A DNA stretch of 64,000 bases from Nostoc sp. DedSLP01 (GTDB lineage Bacteria; Cyanobacteriota; Cyanobacteriia; Cyanobacteriales; Nostocaceae). Positions 28,132 through 38,698 of this stretch are shown piece after piece. Position 1 is the stretch's first letter. Each line of letters begins with the position of its first letter. Below the pieces are notes generated by a model. It was not told where the DNA came from and did no database searches. It worked only from the letters and a program-made list of their open reading frames with translations. The translations under genes and the position numbers were made by a program. Where the stretch lies: positions 96,001 to 160,000 of the forward strand of contig JAVRCJ020000019.1 of NCBI GenBank assembly GCA_034530875.2, given 5' to 3'.

Positions 28132-29631
28132 ATGTTAAGTATTTTAATTTGGTTACCAATAATTGCTGCTATTTTCATAGCAATATTACCTGTAAATATT
28201 CCTAAGCATCGCATCAGGTTAGCAGCATTATACTTGTCTGGGCTAGTTTTTTTATGGAACATTATTATCTTACTGAAGTTTGATATTACAAACCCAGGGA
28301 TGCAATTTAAAGAATATTTACCGTGGAATGAAACCCTTGGGTTGAGCTATCAATTAGGTGTTGATGGGCTTTCTATATTAATGTTGGTGTTAAATAGCCT
28401 GCTCACCTGGATTTCTATTTACAGCAGCAGTAAAGAAACCGAACGTCCCCGGCTGTTTTACTCGATGGTTTTATTAGTGAGTGGAGGAGTTGCAGGTGCT
28501 TTCTTAGCAGAAAATCTGCTGTTATTCTTCCTATTCTACGAACTAGAATTAATTCCCTTCTACTTACTAATCTCGATTTGGGGAGGGGAAAAACGGGCTT
28601 ATGCCGGAATTAAATTCCTGATTTATACTGCTGTTTCCGGAGCATTAATTCTGGCAACATTCTTAGGGATGGTATGGTTGAGTGGTTCTACCAATTTTAG
28701 TTTTGATGCATTCTCTACAGCAAACCTTTCAACAACCAAGCAAATCCTTTTATTAGCAGGAATAGTTTTAGGTTTTGGTATCAAAATTCCCTTGGTTCCC
28801 TTCCATACTTGGTTACCTGATGCTTACGTTGAAGCTTCAGCACCAATTGCGATGCTTTTGGGTGGCGTGTTGGCAAAGCTGGGAACTTATGGACTGTTGC
28901 GATTTGGGTTGGGTATGTTTCCCCAAGCTTGGAGTACTATTGCACCGACTTTAGCAATTTGGGGAGCAGTCAGCGCTATTTATGGGGCAGTAATTGCGAT
29001 CGCTCAAAAAGATATCAAGCGCATGGTAGCATATAGCTCCATCGGTCACATGGGTTATGTATTGCTAGCTAGTGCCGCCAGCACTCCCCTAGCACTCGTT
29101 GGTGCAGTCGCCCAAATGTTCAGCCACGGTATCATCCTGGCAATTCTCTTTCATTTGGTGGGAGTCGTGGAAGCCAAAGTCGGGACCCGCGAGTTAGATA
29201 AACTCAATGGTTTGATGAGTCCCATCCGTGGTTTACCTTTAATTAGCGCCTTACTAGTTTTAAGCGGTATGGCTAGCGCAGGTATTCCCGGTTTAACAGG
29301 ATTTGTCGCTGAATTTATCGTCTTTCAAGGCAGCTTTTCTGTCTTTCCTCTCTCAACAATTTTGTGTGTAGTAGCTAGTGGCTTAACCGCAGTTTATTTT
29401 GTGATTCTTCTCAACCGTACCTGTTTTGGCAGACTTGATAACTTAGCTTACTATCCCAAAGTCCTTTGGTCTGAGAAAATACCAGCTTTAATTTTGGCAG
29501 TTTTCATCATCTTTTTGGGAATACAACCCACTTGGTTAGTACGTTGGAGTGAAACCACAACTACAACAATGGTAGCTGCAATTCAACCCATAGAAAAAAC
29601 GACAAATTCTCAAGTAGCAGGGAATTATTAA
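28132..29631 (+). CDS. ndhD3: NDH-1 subunit NdhD3
   Basis: LGVDGLS, FYELELIP, PFHTWLPDAYVEA, DIKRMVAYSSIGHMG, NRTCFGRLDN. Confidence 0.93.
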   Translation: MLSILIWLPIIAAIFIAILPVNIPKHRIRLAALYLSGLVFLWNIIILLKFDITNPGMQFKEYLPWNETLGLSYQLGVDGLSILMLVLNSLLTWISIYSSSKETERPRLFYSMVLLVSGGVAGAFLAENLLLFFLFYELELIPFYLLISIWGGEKRAYAGIKFLIYTAVSGALILATFLGMVWLSGSTNFSFDAFSTANLSTTKQILLLAGIVLGFGIKIPLVPFHTWLPDAYVEASAPIAMLLGGVLAKLGTYGLLRFGLGMFPQAWSTIAPTLAIWGAVSAIYGAVIAIAQKDIKRMVAYSSIGHMGYVLLASAASTPLALVGAVAQMFSHGIILAILFHLVGVVEAKVGTRELDKLNGLMSPIRGLPLISALLVLSGMASAGIPGLTGFVAEFIVFQGSFSVFPLSTILCVVASGLTAVYFVILLNRTCFGRLDNLAYYPKVLWSEKIPALILAVFIIFLGIQPTWLVRWSETTTTTMVAAIQPIEKTTNSQVAGNY

Positions 29632-29852
29632 GAGGAGTCAGAATTCAGAATTCAGAATATTCTTCAGAGGAGAAGTTTTAATTAGGAATAATGTTTAAAA
29701 TTTGTCTCACCTACCAGCAGGAAGATTTTAAACCAATATTTAAAACTTAGCCTCTCACCTAGTTTGACAGAATGCTGAATTCTGAATCCTGAGTTCTAAA
29801 TTCTTTTTCATATTATTTAGTCAAGAATTAATAACACCAATTAACAACCACC

Positions 29853-31166
29853 ATGACAGCAGTTCAAACAGCTACTAGTATTAAATTACCTCCTTCCACG
29901 CATGAATTTGCTGAAGTAATTCATCGTCTAGAAGCAGGCGGTGCAATGTTACCCGATACCCCAGAAAATTTGATGCAAATTATCGGGTTATACAAAGCTT
30001 ATGCTGTGCCAATGGATTTTTATTGGCGTGACTTACTTTATATTGCCGAAAATGTATTTTTAGACCCCTTACCTTTCTTTAAATACTTCTTGCCCGAAGA
30101 GTATTTAGACAGACACAATCATTACGCTGGTGATGATGCCGATTTACGAATTTGGCGCGGCGAAGCTACAGCCCACCCAGAACTTTTGGCATTTATGGAG
30201 AAAGGTGAAACTTTCAAAATGCCCAAGTTATTGCATCATTTATTCCACGATCGCATTAACATGGAATTTGCCGAAGCTTGTATGCGGGCGATGTTGTGGC
30301 ACCGGGGTATGGGCGGGCAATTTGACCCTTACCTAGATTCCGACGAATACAAAGCCAACGCTGATAGGGCAATTAAAGCTTACTTCCAAGGCAACCCAGC
30401 AATGTTGGGACTTTACAAACTGTTCCCCGATATGTTTTTGGAACAGTGCCGCCAGATGTCATACTACGCTAATTTGGGTTTGTTCTGGGAAGTAATGGCG
30501 CCGGTGTTTTTTGAAATGTCCGACCGCTACGACGAAGGCACTATTAGCAGCGTCCCAGAGGCGATGAACTTCTTAGTTAATGGTATATTTGCGATCGCAG
30601 GTCGCCCAATTTACCATCACGTTTATATTCGTGGCGAATGCTACGAAATTATCCCCAAATCTAAGGGTTTCATGTGGCTATATGAAGCAGCATTACCTTA
30701 TGTGGAAGCTGTTTTCTACCGCACCGCACCTTTTAGAGGTACAAAATCTTATAATGCCCAAGCGCGTCAAGTACCAGAAGACCAAAAAGACTTTCACTTT
30801 GGCATTCTTTACGCCGATGTCTTTCCAGTAGGTACTGCTGGCATTCCCCCAACATTATTAATGCAAGATATGTTGCATTTTTTACCACCATATCTTGTTG
30901 ATTATTACAAGCAACATTGTCGGGGTGAAGAAGATATGTTGATTCAGTTGGGAGTTAGTTTTCAACGTTCAATGTATTGTGTAACTTCTGCGGTAATTCA
31001 AGCTTTACGAACTGCGCTTTTATATCCTTTAGATGACCCCAATCCCAAACATTTACAAGCTAATAGACAATTCTTTGAAATGCAGCTAAATCGCTTTACT
31101 CGCTCTGAATATAATATTCGCGATGCTGCACGTTTGGGGAGTATTCAAAGGCAAGATTATCGATAA
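29853..31166 (+). CDS. cupA: CO2 hydration protein CupA (ChpY)
   Basis: IHRLEAGGAMLPDTPENLMQIIG, HDRINMEFAEACMRAMLWH, GTKSYNAQA, GIPPTLLMQDM; 437 aa. Confidence 0.95.
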   Translation: MTAVQTATSIKLPPSTHEFAEVIHRLEAGGAMLPDTPENLMQIIGLYKAYAVPMDFYWRDLLYIAENVFLDPLPFFKYFLPEEYLDRHNHYAGDDADLRIWRGEATAHPELLAFMEKGETFKMPKLLHHLFHDRINMEFAEACMRAMLWHRGMGGQFDPYLDSDEYKANADRAIKAYFQGNPAMLGLYKLFPDMFLEQCRQMSYYANLGLFWEVMAPVFFEMSDRYDEGTISSVPEAMNFLVNGIFAIAGRPIYHHVYIRGECYEIIPKSKGFMWLYEAALPYVEAVFYRTAPFRGTKSYNAQARQVPEDQKDFHFGILYADVFPVGTAGIPPTLLMQDMLHFLPPYLVDYYKQHCRGEEDMLIQLGVSFQRSMYCVTSAVIQALRTALLYPLDDPNPKHLQANRQFFEMQLNRFTRSEYNIRDAARLGSIQRQDYR

Positions 31167-31167
31167 G

Positions 31168-31208
31168 AGATCCCCCCAACCCCCCTTTTCAAAGGGGGCT
31201 TTATTTTT
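31168..31208. terminator. GC-rich hairpin between the convergent cupA and kinase genes
   Basis: cccccttttcaaagggggcttttatttttt. Confidence 0.5.
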
Positions 31209-31271
31209 TACATTAATAAAGCGAACTTAATTTTCTTAGCTGTAAAAATAAGTCTTATCGCTATAAAATTA

Positions 31272-34200
31272 CTAAATACTCGTCAACTCCATAATTTTTT
31301 CAAACTGAAAATTCTCAGCTAAATCGATGAGGCAATTTCGCAGCGCATCATTTTCATTAGGTATTTGCTCAATCAATTCTAAAATTAGGTCATCGCTGCA
31401 TTGAGCTGCGGCGTTGTATATTTGTTGCGCCCATTCAGATGACATTGCAGATATCAAAGGAGCTAATTCTGTAAACGGCAAAATTGATTTTGCTGCCTCT
31501 TTTTTGCGATTACCTATCTGATTAGTTGTTTCTTGATAAATATATTTAACTCCTAAATATTCGCTGATTTTTTCCAGTAGTTCTTCCTCACGGAAAGGCT
31601 TATTAATAAAATCATCGCAACCTGCTTTGATAATTGCTTCTCGTTGTTCCTCAAAAGCATGAGCAGTTAAGGCAATTATTATGGTTTTGCGATTTTGAAT
31701 TGTCGATCGCATCTTTGCCGTGCTGAGAGTACAACTGAGATTTTCGATGATGGTTTTTTCTCTGGTTTTAATTTGTTTTGTGGCTTCGTAGCCGTCCATA
31801 ATCGGCATTCGCATATCCATGAATATCAGGTGTGGTTGCCATTGCTGCCAAATTGCGATCGCTTCTTCGCCATTTGTAGCTTCTTTGACAACAAAACCAA
31901 TGCATGTGAGGATTTTTAGCAGTACCAAACGGCTATCTGTAGCATCATCAACTATTAAAATTCGGTATTCTTTTTGAGCAGATGCTAAACTGCAAACTCG
32001 CCGTTTAATTTCTTTAATATGTACTTCACTAGCTGCGGCTAAGCAAATTTGCACATCAAAGCTAAATGTACTTCCCTCGCCCACAGTGCTGATAACACTA
32101 ATATCTCCCCCCATTAGTTGCACGTATTTGCGACTAATTGCTAAACCCAGCCCCGTCCCCTGTTGCGATTTTCTACCGGTTTCAGTTTGCCCAAAAGCTT
32201 GAAACAACAAGTTAATTTCTTCTGGGGCAATACCGCAACCAGTATCTTGAATCTCGAAGTAGAGATGGGCATTGGGGAGGCAGTGCGTTGCGGGGGTTCC
32301 CACGCCACTTGCTTCAAGCCGGGAAACCCGTCCAACGCAGTGGCTCCCCGTTGTAGCAACTGCCGTCATTGGGCAAGCAGGGAGTGTGGGAGGTGTGGGG
32401 GGATGGGGAAGAAATCTTTCCCCCCTCTCTCCCCACACTTCCCCATCTCCCTTTGTCCCCTTGTTCCCTTGTCCGCAAGTCCTCATCCCCACTCGCAGGG
32501 TAACCCTGCCAGTCTCGGTAAACTTAATTGCATTCCCTAAGAGGTTGAGCAAGATTTGGCGCAGTTTACTTTCGTCGGCTTGGATATATTGGGGGAGGTT
32601 AGATGTATATTCAAAGACCAATTCTAATCCTTTGGAGGTGGCGCGGAAACGCAACATTTCTTCGAGGTTTTCCAAAAGGTGAATTAAGTCAAAATTATTG
32701 AGATTTAATGTAATTCTGCCAGCTTCGATTTTAGACATTTCTAGAATGTCATTAATTAAGTTGAGCAGATGTTCGCCGGCACGATTGATAATTGCTAGGT
32801 TTTGTTGATGTTCGCTAGATAAACCTTTATCGTGGCTCATGAGTTGGGTAAAACCCAGGATGGCGTTGAGGGGGGTACGCAGTTCGTGACTCATGTTGGC
32901 GAGAAATTCGGTTTTGGCGCGGTTAGCAGCATCAGCAATAATCGCTGCTTCTTGCAGTGCTTGTGACTGCTTTTGCATTTGTGCCAGCAGTTGCGCCTGC
33001 TGCAAAGCAACTGCCAACTGATTGCTTATTTGAACTACGATGTTGACTTCTTCTGGCTTCCATTGGCGGATATCGGAATTTTGATAACTCGCTAGTAAGC
33101 CCCAAAGGCGATCGCCAGATAAAATAGGCACAATGATGTAAGCTTTGGCCTGAAAGCGTTCCAAGAGTTTGATATCAGCTGAATCAAGCCCAGCATTATA
33201 GATGTCTGGAACGCAACAAAAACTAGCATCTTGCGTGTATACACCTTGAAAAAAAGCATCTTGCTTTTCTGGCGGGTGGAAGATTTTCATTAGGGAACCG
33301 CCATTTTCTAAGATATCTTCTGCCAGATGAGGATCGTTTTGTTGTTCTTCCAGCAGAGAAATCCAACCCTCTGCTACTGACTCAGAGATAAATTTGCCAC
33401 TGCACTGAGTTTGGAAACGATAGACAACAATGCGATCGCAATTTAATACTTGGCGTAATTCTTGGGTTGTCGCTGCAAATATCGTCTCTAAATCGAGTGT
33501 TTGGCGCATTCTTTGAATGACTTGAGCGATCGCTTTTTCCCGTTCTGCACTCTCACGCAAGGCTTCTTCTGCTAATTTTCTCTCGGTAATATCCGTAATC
33601 ATACCGATGTAGCCTTTAATTTCTCCATCGTCTCCAGATTCGGGCAAAGCCTGACAAATCACCCAGACGATGGTGCCGTTTTTATGCACGAAGCGATGTT
33701 CGTACTTATACTCTCTACCGTCTGCTGTTGCTTGATTCCATGTTAGTAACAGCTGCTCGAGGTCATCTGGATGCACTGCATTTGTCCAACCCTTCCCCAG
33801 AGATTCCTGGAGGGTGCAACCAGTAATTTCACCCCAGCGTTGATTAAAATACAGTATATTGCCATTGATATGGGTATAAAAGATACAAGCTGGCGAAGCT
33901 TCTGCTAAAAGTTCATATCGCTGCCTGCCTTCTTGCACGGCGAATTCTGCCAACTTGCGATCGGTGATGTCTGCCCAATAACCAACGCATTCTATTGGGT
34001 TATCAGCTTCGTCACGAATTAACCTCATCTTTTCATAGAACCAGCGATAAGTTCCGTCAGCGTGTAGCCAACGATACTCATAAGATTTGTACTCCTGTTC
34101 TATTAGCTGGGAAAATTTTCTCGAGATCAGTTCCACATCTTCTGGGTGGACGCGATCGAGCCAAAAACTGGAATTCTCAATAAATTGCTCGGCTTCGTAG

Positions 34201-36326
34201 CCAACCATTGCTTTGACGTTTTTACTAATAAAAGTAGTGCTAAAATCCCCTGATGTTTTGCTGCTATAAATAACTACGGGACTAGAAGTGAGCAAATATT
34301 GCAAACGTTCGTTTGCTAAACCTAATTCTTGTTCGACGCGTTTGCGCTCAATTAACCCACCTAATTGAGCCGCAACAGCACTGACTAAAAACAGCAAACG
34401 CCGATCTACTAATACCGAGCTGCGTTTAAAAAACACTAAAACAGCTAATACTTGCTTGCCAGAAAGTATAGGAACGCCAAAACCAGCTTTTAATCCCACA
34501 TTTGCGGCTTGTTGCGATCGCAAAAAAATCGGCTCTGCTACTTCGGAAACATCTTCTATCCATTCTGGTTCTTGGTTGTGCCAAATTCGCCCTGGTAGTC
34601 CGGCTCCGAAAGCAAATTTAATCGTTTTGCTTTGGCGACAAAATTCTTCTAAACTATCTTCACCTCCATACCAACCCAGACTGTGTTCTAAAAGGGCATT
34701 ATTTTCATTCGGTATCCAAGCTTCGCCAAAATCCCAACCAATGGTTTGACAAATTAAGCGCAATACCACTGTTAAAGCATTGTTAACATCACTGGCACGA
34801 GTGATGGCTTGGGTTGTTAAGAGCAACAAACGGCTTTCATTTTCTGCTTGCTTGCGTTCGGTAATATCTTTGGCTGTGCCGAGTACGTACCCTTGTCCGT
34901 CAATGTCGATCATTTCGGCACTAAACAATGTCGTCCTAATTTCTCCCGAACAAGTGCGAACATCAACTTCATGATTGCGGATGGCTTTTGTTTGCTCGAG
35001 GGTATTGCTGAGGAGATGATATTCTTCTGGATTCACCCAAATATTCAATTCTTCATCGGTGCGATCAATTACTTGAGAACGAGAATAGCCAAAAAACCGA
35101 CAAAAGCTGTCGTTAACTTCGATATAACGTCTGTCAGGAACGGTAATTAAAGCAATTGGGTCGGGAGATGAGCGAAAAGCTGATGCCAATTTTTTTTCGG
35201 AAGCGCGTCGTGCCGCTTCTGCACGTCGGCGCGAACGTACTTCTAGTACCAGAGAAACTAAATTGCCTAAAGAACGAGCAAAATTCTGGTCTTCTAATGT
35301 CCAAGAATGCACGCCTCCCACTGCTTCCAAACATAAAACTCCTACTGTCTTACCCTCCAGCCTGATTGGTGTATGAAGGATGGAGGTGATATTTAATCTG
35401 GAGTAAGGCGTCGAAAATTCTTTAGTTCTGGGGTCGATGTGGGCATTATCTGCCGCAATTGCTTGGTTTTGCTCCAGCGCTGCAAAATAAGCCGGATAGT
35501 CGGCTGCTGATAAAATAAATCCTTCGCTATGTCGATCGTGACTCGCGTGAAATAGTTCGAGGCACTCGATTTTCGTCCTTGTTTCGTCATAAAGCCAAAC
35601 GCTGGCTCGTTCTACTCCAATATTTTGAGTAGCTGTTTGTGCGATCGCACTTAAGGCTGCTTTCAAATCCCCCTGATAAAGCGTTTGATTCTGTGCTAAT
35701 TGTGTTAGTACTAAATTGTGAGTGCGCAGCTTAATAGCGCTTTCTTGGAGTACTTTTTCTACTGCTAAGTGGCGATACCCACTTTCGCTTTTATCCAAGC
35801 TAGCTTCGGCTAAAAGGCGTTCCCTTGTAGAAGTTTTGTTAACGCTAATTTCTGGAAAAATCTCTTCTATTTGTTTGCTACGAATATTTAACTCAACTGT
35901 CAACCTTTGACGTTCTTGAATTTCTTTTTTTAACTCTTTTTTTAGCTTTTGGATAGTTAGTTGATTTTGTACGCGTAATAGAACTTCTTGTGGTTGGCAT
36001 GGTTGAGTAATATAATCAATATCGTTAAAATCAAAAATGTTAATATTTTTTGATAAAATATCTGGAAATCCAAAAAAGATTATCGAAATATCATGAGTTT
36101 TTTGGTGAGTTTTCAGATAATGGCAAACTTGATAACCATCCATGTCTGCCATGCTAATTTTTAGTAAAATCAAATCGGGAACAGAAGCAACGGCTTGATT
36201 AATTGCCAGTTTTCCAGAAACCAGAGTTTGTATTTGATAACCTTGAGCTTTCAAGATATTTGAAAAAAAATCTAAATTTTCTAAATTATCGTCAACCAAT
36301 AAGATTCTAATTTTTTGATTATCCAT
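31272..36326 (-). CDS. Multi-sensor hybrid histidine kinase (REC-GAF-PAS-GAF-PAS-PAS-GAF-HisKA-HATPase-REC)
   Basis: ILLVDD receiver, PAS/PAC ends DITERK, H-box EFLANMSHELRTPLNAILG, NLLGNAIKFT, GTGLGLAIS, C-terminal LIFMDMRMPIMDG. Likely start MDNQK at 36326. Confidence 0.92.
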   Translation of the reverse strand: MDNQKIRILLVDDNLENLDFFSNILKAQGYQIQTLVSGKLAINQAVASVPDLILLKISMADMDGYQVCHYLKTHQKTHDISIIFFGFPDILSKNINIFDFNDIDYITQPCQPQEVLLRVQNQLTIQKLKKELKKEIQERQRLTVELNIRSKQIEEIFPEISVNKTSTRERLLAEASLDKSESGYRHLAVEKVLQESAIKLRTHNLVLTQLAQNQTLYQGDLKAALSAIAQTATQNIGVERASVWLYDETRTKIECLELFHASHDRHSEGFILSAADYPAYFAALEQNQAIAADNAHIDPRTKEFSTPYSRLNITSILHTPIRLEGKTVGVLCLEAVGGVHSWTLEDQNFARSLGNLVSLVLEVRSRRRAEAARRASEKKLASAFRSSPDPIALITVPDRRYIEVNDSFCRFFGYSRSQVIDRTDEELNIWVNPEEYHLLSNTLEQTKAIRNHEVDVRTCSGEIRTTLFSAEMIDIDGQGYVLGTAKDITERKQAENESRLLLLTTQAITRASDVNNALTVVLRLICQTIGWDFGEAWIPNENNALLEHSLGWYGGEDSLEEFCRQSKTIKFAFGAGLPGRIWHNQEPEWIEDVSEVAEPIFLRSQQAANVGLKAGFGVPILSGKQVLAVLVFFKRSSVLVDRRLLFLVSAVAAQLGGLIERKRVEQELGLANERLQYLLTSSPVVIYSSKTSGDFSTTFISKNVKAMVGYEAEQFIENSSFWLDRVHPEDVELISRKFSQLIEQEYKSYEYRWLHADGTYRWFYEKMRLIRDEADNPIECVGYWADITDRKLAEFAVQEGRQRYELLAEASPACIFYTHINGNILYFNQRWGEITGCTLQESLGKGWTNAVHPDDLEQLLLTWNQATADGREYKYEHRFVHKNGTIVWVICQALPESGDDGEIKGYIGMITDITERKLAEEALRESAEREKAIAQVIQRMRQTLDLETIFAATTQELRQVLNCDRIVVYRFQTQCSGKFISESVAEGWISLLEEQQNDPHLAEDILENGGSLMKIFHPPEKQDAFFQGVYTQDASFCCVPDIYNAGLDSADIKLLERFQAKAYIIVPILSGDRLWGLLASYQNSDIRQWKPEEVNIVVQISNQLAVALQQAQLLAQMQKQSQALQEAAIIADAANRAKTEFLANMSHELRTPLNAILGFTQLMSHDKGLSSEHQQNLAIINRAGEHLLNLINDILEMSKIEAGRITLNLNNFDLIHLLENLEEMLRFRATSKGLELVFEYTSNLPQYIQADESKLRQILLNLLGNAIKFTETGRVTLRVGMRTCGQGNKGTKGDGEVWGERGERFLPHPPTPPTLPACPMTAVATTGSHCVGRVSRLEASGVGTPATHCLPNAHLYFEIQDTGCGIAPEEINLLFQAFGQTETGRKSQQGTGLGLAISRKYVQLMGGDISVISTVGEGSTFSFDVQICLAAASEVHIKEIKRRVCSLASAQKEYRILIVDDATDSRLVLLKILTCIGFVVKEATNGEEAIAIWQQWQPHLIFMDMRMPIMDGYEATKQIKTREKTIIENLSCTLSTAKMRSTIQNRKTIIIALTAHAFEEQREAIIKAGCDDFINKPFREEELLEKISEYLGVKYIYQETTNQIGNRKKEAAKSILPFTELAPLISAMSSEWAQQIYNAAAQCSDDLILELIEQIPNENDALRNCLIDLAENFQFEKIMELTSI
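32262..32495. repeat. Repeat-derived in-frame insertion inside the HATPase domain
   Basis: STRR-like and dispersed-repeat sequence encodes about 75 low-complexity aa between RVTLRV and LYFEIQDTG. Confidence 0.75.
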
Positions 36327-36708
36327 ATTAACGATTGATTTATTAATTAGCAATAATTTATGCAATTAAATTGAATCATAAATTACAAATTAAAGGTAAG
36401 ATGAAAAAATACCTCTCCAACATGGAAAATAGAGAAGCGATCGCTAAGCCCACGCTCCAGTAGGAGGCTAAGTGCAAAGCTACGAGCAATATGATTTACT
36501 CCTAGCTCTACTTTCTAATCTCTATTGTCAAGACAACTGATTGCGGGAAAATCCCGCAGCCAAAGAAAAAACCTTTTAAACCTTAATTTCTACCCTCTAC
36601 TCCCTATCTTTAAGACAGGTCTAGTATACCAAGGATATCGGATTAGTTCTAAATTCTGACTTTTGAATCTTGAATTTTAGATTTTGCTATTTTTTGTGAT
36701 AAATAATC

Positions 36709-37518
36709 TCAATTGCGATCGAATTTTAACAATTCACTCATATTCAATAATTTTGGAGCCTCCTTGCTGACAATTAATGGTAGCTTCCCATCCCATTTTT
36801 GTATTGCTTGCCTTTGTAGTATTTGTGGAGTCAACCCATCACGTAATAATCTGTGTGCTTCAGCCTCTCCTCTGGCTAAATTGACTTTGGCCTCAGCCTC
36901 TTTTGTTGCTTTTAAAGCAATAAACTCTGCTCGCTTTGCTTCTTGTTCGGCAATTTGCTTGGCTTCTACAGCTTCACTAAATTGTTCTGAAAAATGAACG
37001 TGAACTAAAGAAATATCGTCAACTGCAACGTGATAGGTATTTAGTCTTGTAGTCAATGCAGCATCTACTTCAGCTTTAACCTCTCCCCGTTTAGTAATAA
37101 TTTCCTCAGCAGTATATTTTGCCATTACTGCTTTTAATACTTCTTCAACTGCGGGATTAATAATTCGGTCAATAACATTTTTTTCGTCGCCGATTTGTTG
37201 ATAAATAACATTTACTTCCTGAGGAATAATATGCCAATTTAAAGCCACATTTGTATAGACATTTTGTAAATCCTTAGAAGATACTTCAGCCGATATTTCC
37301 TGCTTTTGCACTCTCACGCTTAATTTTTTAACAGTATTATATACAGGAACAATGAAGTGAATTCCTTCTCCTAATATCTCGTTCTCGACTTCGCCAAATT
37401 TCATCAAGACCCCGCGTTCTCCTGCATTGATAATTACGCAAGGCGTGAGTAAGAGAGTTATCAAAAACAAAAGAGCAGTCAATTTACCAGCGCGGTTAAA
37501 ATTTGTATTTTTGATCAT
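36709..37518 (-). CDS. Prohibitin / SPFH (band 7) family protein
   Basis: AGERGVLMKFG, SSKDLQNV, AVEAKQIAEQEAKRA, KWDGKLP. Confidence 0.9.
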   Translation of the reverse strand: MIKNTNFNRAGKLTALLFLITLLLTPCVIINAGERGVLMKFGEVENEILGEGIHFIVPVYNTVKKLSVRVQKQEISAEVSSKDLQNVYTNVALNWHIIPQEVNVIYQQIGDEKNVIDRIINPAVEEVLKAVMAKYTAEEIITKRGEVKAEVDAALTTRLNTYHVAVDDISLVHVHFSEQFSEAVEAKQIAEQEAKRAEFIALKATKEAEAKVNLARGEAEAHRLLRDGLTPQILQRQAIQKWDGKLPLIVSKEAPKLLNMSELLKFDRN

Positions 37519-37856
37519 TTGTCTAAAACATTTATGCGTCTTGCATACAGACACATATTTATAATTTGTTTACTTCTTGTCGTCATGCTCTTATAACTTT
37601 GGCTCTAAGTCAATTTTTATTTCACTGTAGCCAAGGTCATAGAACAGTCTTGTCAAGAAATACTAAATCTCTCGGTGAGTCGTTAATTTATTCAATAAAC
37701 TAAGTTTTAAATTTTGTATAAAAAAATATTAATAGCAGTTAGCGTGTAATTTGCTATCCAGCCTCAAAGATAATAAAGATAAGGGTAGCTTTACGTCTAC
37801 CCTAAATACTGTTATTTTACCGAAAAACCGTAGTATTTGAAAAGCTAAATTTATTT

Positions 37857-38690
37857 TTAAATAACTAAACTCATCAGCTGCCGGTCTAGCTCGATGAGAT
37901 AATTTCGACCGTAAGCACCATTTTCTAAGCCTGTGACGAGATGGCTGGGGATGTCTTGGGTAATTTCCTCGCTACAAGAACCGGCAGCCACTGCGATCGC
38001 CGCGACGGTATCCACATCCCCAGTAAATGCTATACAATCTTGTAAAAGTTCGCTGATGCTGTCATTTCGCATCACCGCAGTAATCGCGGCCCTGACACTC
38101 ATCCAACCTTTGGATTTTACCTCACCGTGCCAAGGTTTAGACCACTGCCCGGGTACGTAAGCCTCTAAAAACTGTGCTAATTTGCTTTTTGGCCCCAGTC
38201 GATAGATAAAGTAATGTGACATCAGGGCAGCCGCAACAGCAGCATTGATTCCATCTGGTGTATTGTGGGTAATTGCAGCTTGAATTGTCGTCGCTTCGAT
38301 AACTTTCTCTGGCGTTGAATAAACGCCAATGGGTGCAGCACGCATCGCCGCACCGCTTTTGTCGCTGTCAGGACGAATTTTGGCGATAAATTCTGCCCCA
38401 TTTTGAATTTCTACCAAAAAATTGTAGAAGTTTCTCGCATATCCTAATCTAGAATCGTGTTTAAAAGCTCTCACAAAGCTTTCGGCTAAAACTTCTGGCG
38501 TCCACGGTGCTTGAGCAACAATTACCTCAGCGATGGCAATGCTCATTTGGGTATCGTCGGTGTAGTTGCCAGGGATGAGTCGAAAACGTGGGTGTTGCAC
38601 GTATCGACTCAAATCGTTGTTAACGATGTTTTCGTCAGCATATTCAAAGCCTGCACCGTAGGCATCTGCGATCGCTAACTCTAGCAACAT
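37857..38690 (-). CDS. ADP-ribosylglycohydrolase (DraG/ARH family)
   Basis: AIADAYGAGFE, YTDDTQM, GAAMRAAPIG, GDVDTVAAIA. Confidence 0.9.
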   Translation of the reverse strand: MLLELAIADAYGAGFEYADENIVNNDLSRYVQHPRFRLIPGNYTDDTQMSIAIAEVIVAQAPWTPEVLAESFVRAFKHDSRLGYARNFYNFLVEIQNGAEFIAKIRPDSDKSGAAMRAAPIGVYSTPEKVIEATTIQAAITHNTPDGINAAVAAALMSHYFIYRLGPKSKLAQFLEAYVPGQWSKPWHGEVKSKGWMSVRAAITAVMRNDSISELLQDCIAFTGDVDTVAAIAVAAGSCSEEITQDIPSHLVTGLENGAYGRNYLIELDRQLMSLVI

Positions 38691-38698
38691 AATTGGTA

